Assembly: GCA_023484085.1 (NCBI GenBank)
Contig: JAMDAS010000001.1
Coordinates: forward strand, 1-64,000
Direction of reading: 5' to 3'
DNA from: Candidatus Omnitrophota bacterium
GTDB lineage: Bacteria; Ratteibacteria; UBA8468; B48-G9; DTJG01
DNA: 64,000 bases
How positions within the stretch are numbered: position 1 is the first letter of the stretch; each line of letters begins with the position of its first letter. The position numbers and the translations under genes were made by a program. The notes under the pieces are model-generated. The model did no database searches, had not been told where the DNA came from, and saw only the letters and a program-made list of their open reading frames with translations. This document shows, one piece after another, positions 59,810-64,000 of this stretch.

Positions 59810-60919
59810 ATGGATTATTTTGTTTCACAGGATTATCAGGATGAAGTTTTTAAAAGTATAAAAGGGCCGGCTCTTCCAAAGGAAAAAACAAGAAGAATAT
59901 TTGTTTTTGTGGGCAGGCCCGGGCTTGGAGACTTGATATTAAGCATCCCTTTCTTTAAAACACTCCTGAATAATCTGCCAAATATAAAGGAAATAGTATA
60001 TATCGGGGATATCCCGGATGCTCTTAAAAATATTTTTAACCTTATACCCAAAACCCGTCTATTCTATCTGCCGGAATATAAAAAACCGGGAAAGAGTATT
60101 AAATACTGGGCCCGACTATGGATAAAAGGGATTTTTGAGAATATAGACCTTTCAATTGATACACAGAGATATTTTATTTTTTCATTGTTTTTTAGATTTG
60201 TAAGGGCCCGGTATCACGCTGGTTATGGAAGCAAACGGGTTTTTTCTGACTGGAAGTTTAAGGAAAAAAACAGGAAAAGGGTTCATGATACATACCAGAC
60301 ACTCCTTCTTTCAAGAGCAATTGGAATTAAAAATATAGACATAAGCCCCTGTCTTGACATACCTGACAGGTTTTTAAAACCTGCCCGTGATTACATAAAA
60401 GAAAACAATCTTACGAAGGAAAATCTCGTTGCTTTTTTTCCCGGGGCCGGTATCGCATTTAAACGTTGGCCATATGAAAATTTCAAAAAATTAGGGGAAA
60501 TGCTAATAAAAGAAAATTATAAAATTCTGCTATTTGGTAATTATAATGAAATAGACCTGCTTAAAAAAACAGGAAACAGCCTTTTTCCTGTTCCCGGGTT
60601 TAAAGAACCATTATTTTTTTCTGACCCGCTCTATACTGCAGGACTTTTAAAGTATTGCAGGTTTTCTGTATCCAATGACTGCGGCGGGGCACACCTGTCC
60701 TCATTTGCCGGTATTTCTGTAGTAGCTATATTTGGACCCACGTCTCCGGTTAAGTTTGCACCCCTGGGGAATAAAAATATTCTATTTTATAAAAAACTGC
60801 CCTGCTCACCCTGTTCAATGAAGTCCTGCCATTTAAATAAAAAATGTCTGATTGACATTACGCCCGAGGAGGTTTTTCAAGCAATAAAAGAACTTTATTT
60901 AATACCTGGTCAACTGTAA
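59810..60919 (+). CDS. Family 9 glycosyltransferase (heptosyltransferase-like)
   Basis: GRPGLGDLILSIP N-terminal motif; C-terminal …NDCGGAHLSSFAGISVVAIFGPTSP… GT9 signature. Confidence 0.65.
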   Translation: MDYFVSQDYQDEVFKSIKGPALPKEKTRRIFVFVGRPGLGDLILSIPFFKTLLNNLPNIKEIVYIGDIPDALKNIFNLIPKTRLFYLPEYKKPGKSIKYWARLWIKGIFENIDLSIDTQRYFIFSLFFRFVRARYHAGYGSKRVFSDWKFKEKNRKRVHDTYQTLLLSRAIGIKNIDISPCLDIPDRFLKPARDYIKENNLTKENLVAFFPGAGIAFKRWPYENFKKLGEMLIKENYKILLFGNYNEIDLLKKTGNSLFPVPGFKEPLFFSDPLYTAGLLKYCRFSVSNDCGGAHLSSFAGISVVAIFGPTSPVKFAPLGNKNILFYKKLPCSPCSMKSCHLNKKCLIDITPEEVFQAIKELYLIPGQL

Positions 60920-61868
60920 TCTCCTTCATACATCTTAAATCATCACAAACCTTTTTATAGCATGGCCCGCACCATGATTTTTTGTATATATATTCTACGC
61001 CGGGCGGGCAATGTTTCCCGGGGTCAGTTGGTCCAAAAATACCGAGAACCTTTGTTCCTGAAGCCGCACCTATATGCATCGGGCCAGAATCAGTCGTGAT
61101 AAGAATTTCAGATTTTTCCAGTAAAAGAACCAGCCGGGCAAAATCTGTTTTTCCACAAAGGTTAACAGGCTCTGTTTTCATTTTTTTTATAATTTCTTCT
61201 ATATAATTACACCCATCCTTTGAACCAATAAAAATAATCTGGTAGCCTTTTTTTATAAGAATGTCAGAAAGTTCCGCAAAATAATCTTTTGGCCATCTTT
61301 TTGTGAACCACCCCTCAGATGAAACAGGATGTATGACAATCCATTTTTTGTTTGTGTCAAAAGATTGTGTTTTTATAAAAGATCTAAAATCCTCTCTCTT
61401 TTTTTCTGAAATCCAGACCTTCATGTTACTGGAAAAATTTTTTATGCCTGCTTTTTTTAAAAGAGGGAATTGTCCATCTACAGGGTTAAGAATATTTTTT
61501 CTTTTTACGCTTTTCGTAAGAAATATTTTGCCGGGAAGGTTACTATAAAATCCAATCCTTTCTTTCCCGCCGGAAACAAAAGAGAAAAAATTGGAGATAA
61601 AATTTCCCTGTATGTCAAAAGTAATACAGGGTTTTTCCCTGCGGATATTAAGCAGGGTCTTTACGTCTTTTAAAATATGCCCCTTGAGAAAATAAACCTT
61701 TTCAAATACCGGACAGGCTCCAACTACATCTTTGAATTTTTCATCCGTAAGTAGATAAACTCCGCTGTTTTTATAATTCTCCCTTATGGCGATAAATGAA
61801 ACAGAGGCAAGAACCATATCACCCAGGGCACCAGTTTTTATCACTAAAATTTTTTGTCTTTTTTGCAT
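60858..61868 (-). CDS. Family 9 glycosyltransferase (LPS heptosyltransferase-like)
   Basis: ILVIKTGALGDMVLA; …TDSGPMHIGAASGTKVLGIFGPTDP…; convergent 3' overlap with previous gene. Confidence 0.7.
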   Translation of the reverse strand: MQKRQKILVIKTGALGDMVLASVSFIAIRENYKNSGVYLLTDEKFKDVVGACPVFEKVYFLKGHILKDVKTLLNIRREKPCITFDIQGNFISNFFSFVSGGKERIGFYSNLPGKIFLTKSVKRKNILNPVDGQFPLLKKAGIKNFSSNMKVWISEKKREDFRSFIKTQSFDTNKKWIVIHPVSSEGWFTKRWPKDYFAELSDILIKKGYQIIFIGSKDGCNYIEEIIKKMKTEPVNLCGKTDFARLVLLLEKSEILITTDSGPMHIGAASGTKVLGIFGPTDPGKHCPPGVEYIYKKSWCGPCYKKVCDDLRCMKEITVDQVLNKVLLLLEKPPRA

Positions 61869-61879
61869 AATAAAAAAGT

Positions 61880-62059
61880 GTAAATATTCACTAAGACAGT
61901 GTTTCCGCCTAAAAGATTGGCGGACAGGTATAATTTATTTACCTGAAGTAGAAAATAAGTTCTGGATTGCTCTTCTCATCTTTGTAAAAACGTTCTTTCA
62001 AACAAATCCTCAAAGACAATCCAAACTTATTTCAAACACTGTTCCACTTGAGTATTTAC
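61880..62059. repeat. Full-length MITE-like repeat R9 (TIR-C-linker-A-B-TIR)
   Basis: gtaaatattcactaagacagtgtttccgcctaaaagattggcgga…aaataagttctggattgctcttctcatctttgtaaaaacgttctttcaaacaaatcctcaaagacaatccaaacttatttcaaacactgttccacttgagtatttac. Confidence 0.85.
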
Positions 62060-62066
62060 TAAAAAG

Positions 62067-63125
62067 TTATATTAATTCCTGGTATACTTTTAAGGTTTCT
62101 TCAGTCATCTTTTCAACTGTAAATTTTTCAAGACTGATTTTTTGGGCATTTTCTGTTATCTTTCCTGTTTCCCGGGGATGTAAAAGAATGTATTTTATCG
62201 CCTCAACCATCTGTAATGAATCCCGGGGTTCAACAAGAAATCCTGTCCTTTTATTCTCTATCAATTCAGGTATCGCTCCTATGTTTGAGGCAACCACAGG
62301 AACACCCGCCATCTGGGCTTCCACCACCACCCTTCCAAACCCTTCAGGTTCAAAAGACGGAACTGAAAGAACATCCATTTTTTTTAAAGCCTGCCTGCTA
62401 TCCATTGACAGGATTTCAATAGAATTTTCCATTTTATTCCGGACTATACAGGCATGGATTCTTTTTTTATATTTTTCACTCCCTGTTCCCACCAGTATAC
62501 CCTTTACTTTCTCCCCTTCCTCCAATAGTTTTTTCATTGCTTTCATGTAATAAAAATGCCCTTTTGTTTTTGAAAATCTTGCAATCATCCCTATCACAGG
62601 GGTTTCGTTTATTTCTTTTTTAATGTCAAAAAAATCATTTTTTGAAACACCATTATATACAAGTCTGAGCTTTTCTTCAGGAACTTTCAGGTATTTTATT
62701 GCATATTCTTTAATTGCATTACTTACCACAATAATCCTCTGTCCAAAACCAAGCGATTTTGTCCAAAATCTTAAATGGCAAAAACTATGTATGCTTGTTA
62801 CCCATCCAATCCCGGGAAATTGTTTTATTACACTTGACATAATCCAGCAGGGAAACCTGCTTTCAGAATGGATTATATCGGGTTTTTCCTTATCTATGAT
62901 TTTTCTTAGTTCTTTTTTTGCATGTGCGAATATTTTTATATTTTTGTTATCCATAGAAAGGTCATGCCAGTCAATCCCTTTCTGCTTAAGAAGCGGAATA
63001 AACCTGCCATATCCGGAAACAACTATAACATGGTGGCCCATTCTGTCTGCCTCTAAAGAGAAATCGTATACGCCCCTTTCAATTCCTGCAAAATCCATTG
63101 AAGGAAGAACTCTTAAAATTTTCAT
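62067..63125 (-). CDS. Family 4 (GT-B) glycosyltransferase
   Basis: C-terminal EPEGFGRVVVEAQMAGVPVVAS (EX7E region). Confidence 0.75.
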   Translation of the reverse strand: MKILRVLPSMDFAGIERGVYDFSLEADRMGHHVIVVSGYGRFIPLLKQKGIDWHDLSMDNKNIKIFAHAKKELRKIIDKEKPDIIHSESRFPCWIMSSVIKQFPGIGWVTSIHSFCHLRFWTKSLGFGQRIIVVSNAIKEYAIKYLKVPEEKLRLVYNGVSKNDFFDIKKEINETPVIGMIARFSKTKGHFYYMKAMKKLLEEGEKVKGILVGTGSEKYKKRIHACIVRNKMENSIEILSMDSRQALKKMDVLSVPSFEPEGFGRVVVEAQMAGVPVVASNIGAIPELIENKRTGFLVEPRDSLQMVEAIKYILLHPRETGKITENAQKISLEKFTVEKMTEETLKVYQELI

Positions 63126-63955
63126 TTTATTTTTTTTCTGATAATCTCTGCGCAGGTTTGTGCCTCATTCAGTCTGTTGAATTTTCTATTTTTACATTCA
63201 CTTATTTTATCCTGCAGCAAATGAATATCTTCATATGGAAGATACATACAATAGTTTTTTTCAACCAGTTCTTTTATTGTCTCATCAAAATAAATCTTTT
63301 TGTTTTTTCTTCTTTGAACACCAAGTATCAGGACAGGTTTCCCGGTTGAACAGGATTCAGAAATCATATTAACACTATCCTCGGTAACAAGAAGAATGTC
63401 GGATAATCCAAGGATGCCAAAATAAAATGATTCCCTGCTTAAACCAGGGAATTCACAGTAAATAAAAGAAGAATTGTTTTCTGTCTTTTCTTTCAGCAGA
63501 TAGACTACATCCAATGGGGTTCTCCTGGATGTTGTAAGGAAAAATCCTGCTTTTTTATTGTTTAAATTATATATTAACAAGGTGAAAATTCTATCAATAA
63601 ATTGTTTATCAATAAAATAATTCTGGTCATTTCCTCCAATAATAATACCAATCTTATAAAGGTCCCCCTGAACATTAAATCCCCTGCTTAATCTTATACC
63701 CCATTGCGTAATCAGTGTCTGGTTGATCCTGTTTGGCGCACCTATGGTTGTAATAATATTTTTATTCTTTTTCAGGCAGGGATGTTTTAAAACATCATGT
63801 TTGGGAACAAATACAAAATTAAAAAACCTTAAAGGGGTCCCTTCAGGCGTTAAAACACATACAGAAAATATCTTTTTTGTTATTGATAGCGTAGCATTTA
63901 CCGGGGCAAGATATGAGCCGGTGGAAATTATAATATCGTACTTCTTATTATCCAT
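63122..63955 (-). CDS. Hypothetical protein in LPS-core-like cluster (possibly ELM1/DUF1022-like); N-terminus may extend past window
   Basis: 277 aa from first in-window Met; reading frame remains open to window end at 64000. Confidence 0.3.
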   Translation of the reverse strand: MDNKKYDIIISTGSYLAPVNATLSITKKIFSVCVLTPEGTPLRFFNFVFVPKHDVLKHPCLKKNKNIITTIGAPNRINQTLITQWGIRLSRGFNVQGDLYKIGIIIGGNDQNYFIDKQFIDRIFTLLIYNLNNKKAGFFLTTSRRTPLDVVYLLKEKTENNSSFIYCEFPGLSRESFYFGILGLSDILLVTEDSVNMISESCSTGKPVLILGVQRRKNKKIYFDETIKELVEKNYCMYLPYEDIHLLQDKISECKNRKFNRLNEAQTCAEIIRKKIK

Positions 63956-64000
63956 TTCCTTTATATTTGAAAATACCCTGAGAAGAAAATCTGCAATACT

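Noticed and set aside
965-62059. Dispersed repeats as a possible CRISPR array
   Set aside because: Copies are tens of kb apart, variable in length and module content, with no regular short spacers and no cas genes. They are interspersed repeats, not CRISPR.

Overview
This is an AT-rich (about 33-35% GC) bacterial chromosomal window in which nearly every gene is on the minus strand, and it holds three things worth following up. The taxon is not determinable from sequence alone. The gene set (14-subunit nuo with split nuoC/nuoD, a H+-PPase, both ATP- and PPi-type phosphofructokinases, a DUF4160/DUF2442 pair) fits a Nitrospirota/Thermodesulfovibrio-like or similar anaerobe.

1. A candidate, apparently undescribed peptide-derived cofactor or RiPP-like operon sits at 51499-53820 (minus). 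It encodes a 41-aa PqqA-like precursor peptide behind a perfect AGGAGG, a PqqD-family recognition element, a radical SAM enzyme with a cysteine-poor SPASM-like tail, and a MenA/UbiA-type membrane prenyltransferase. It lacks PqqB/PqqC. Upstream on the same strand are an NHL propeller, an FAD oxidoreductase, a poly-ferredoxin and hppA.

2. A modular, MITE-like dispersed repeat family with GTAAATATTCA-type terminal inverted repeats occurs at least 11 times, including inside the nuo operon. Separately, a GC-rich core flanked by a 31-bp inverted repeat lies between proA and nadD. Copies of the repeat bracket two accessory islets. One is an N6-adenine methyltransferase (GQYFTP / DPxxGxG / NPPY) with an ATGA-overlapped partner carrying a possible D-x7-D-x-K core. 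The other is a higher-GC DUF4160/DUF2442 pair.

3. A TTGTGAA-containing 18-bp operator-like motif (Rex-like on its conserved half) lies at the translation starts of the apbE/FMN-domain pair and the porin gene, and a duplicated TTGACA promoter-like module sits 3' of the porin gene and 3' of the ubiA/menA-like gene.

Housekeeping content reading along the minus strand:
- pilM (partial)
- initiator tRNA-fMet
- zapA-like, pheT, pheS, nadD, proA, proB, tyrA, an SPFH protein, nadB, def, thiC, ilvD, pfkA
- a class I aldolase, PPi-PFK, purE, an aminotransferase, dapB, murA, prmC, prfA, rpmE, a UvrD-like helicase
- the full nuoA-N operon, tatA/tatC, an FMN-binding domain protein with ApbE, and a porin
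- an LPS-core-like glycosyltransferase cluster
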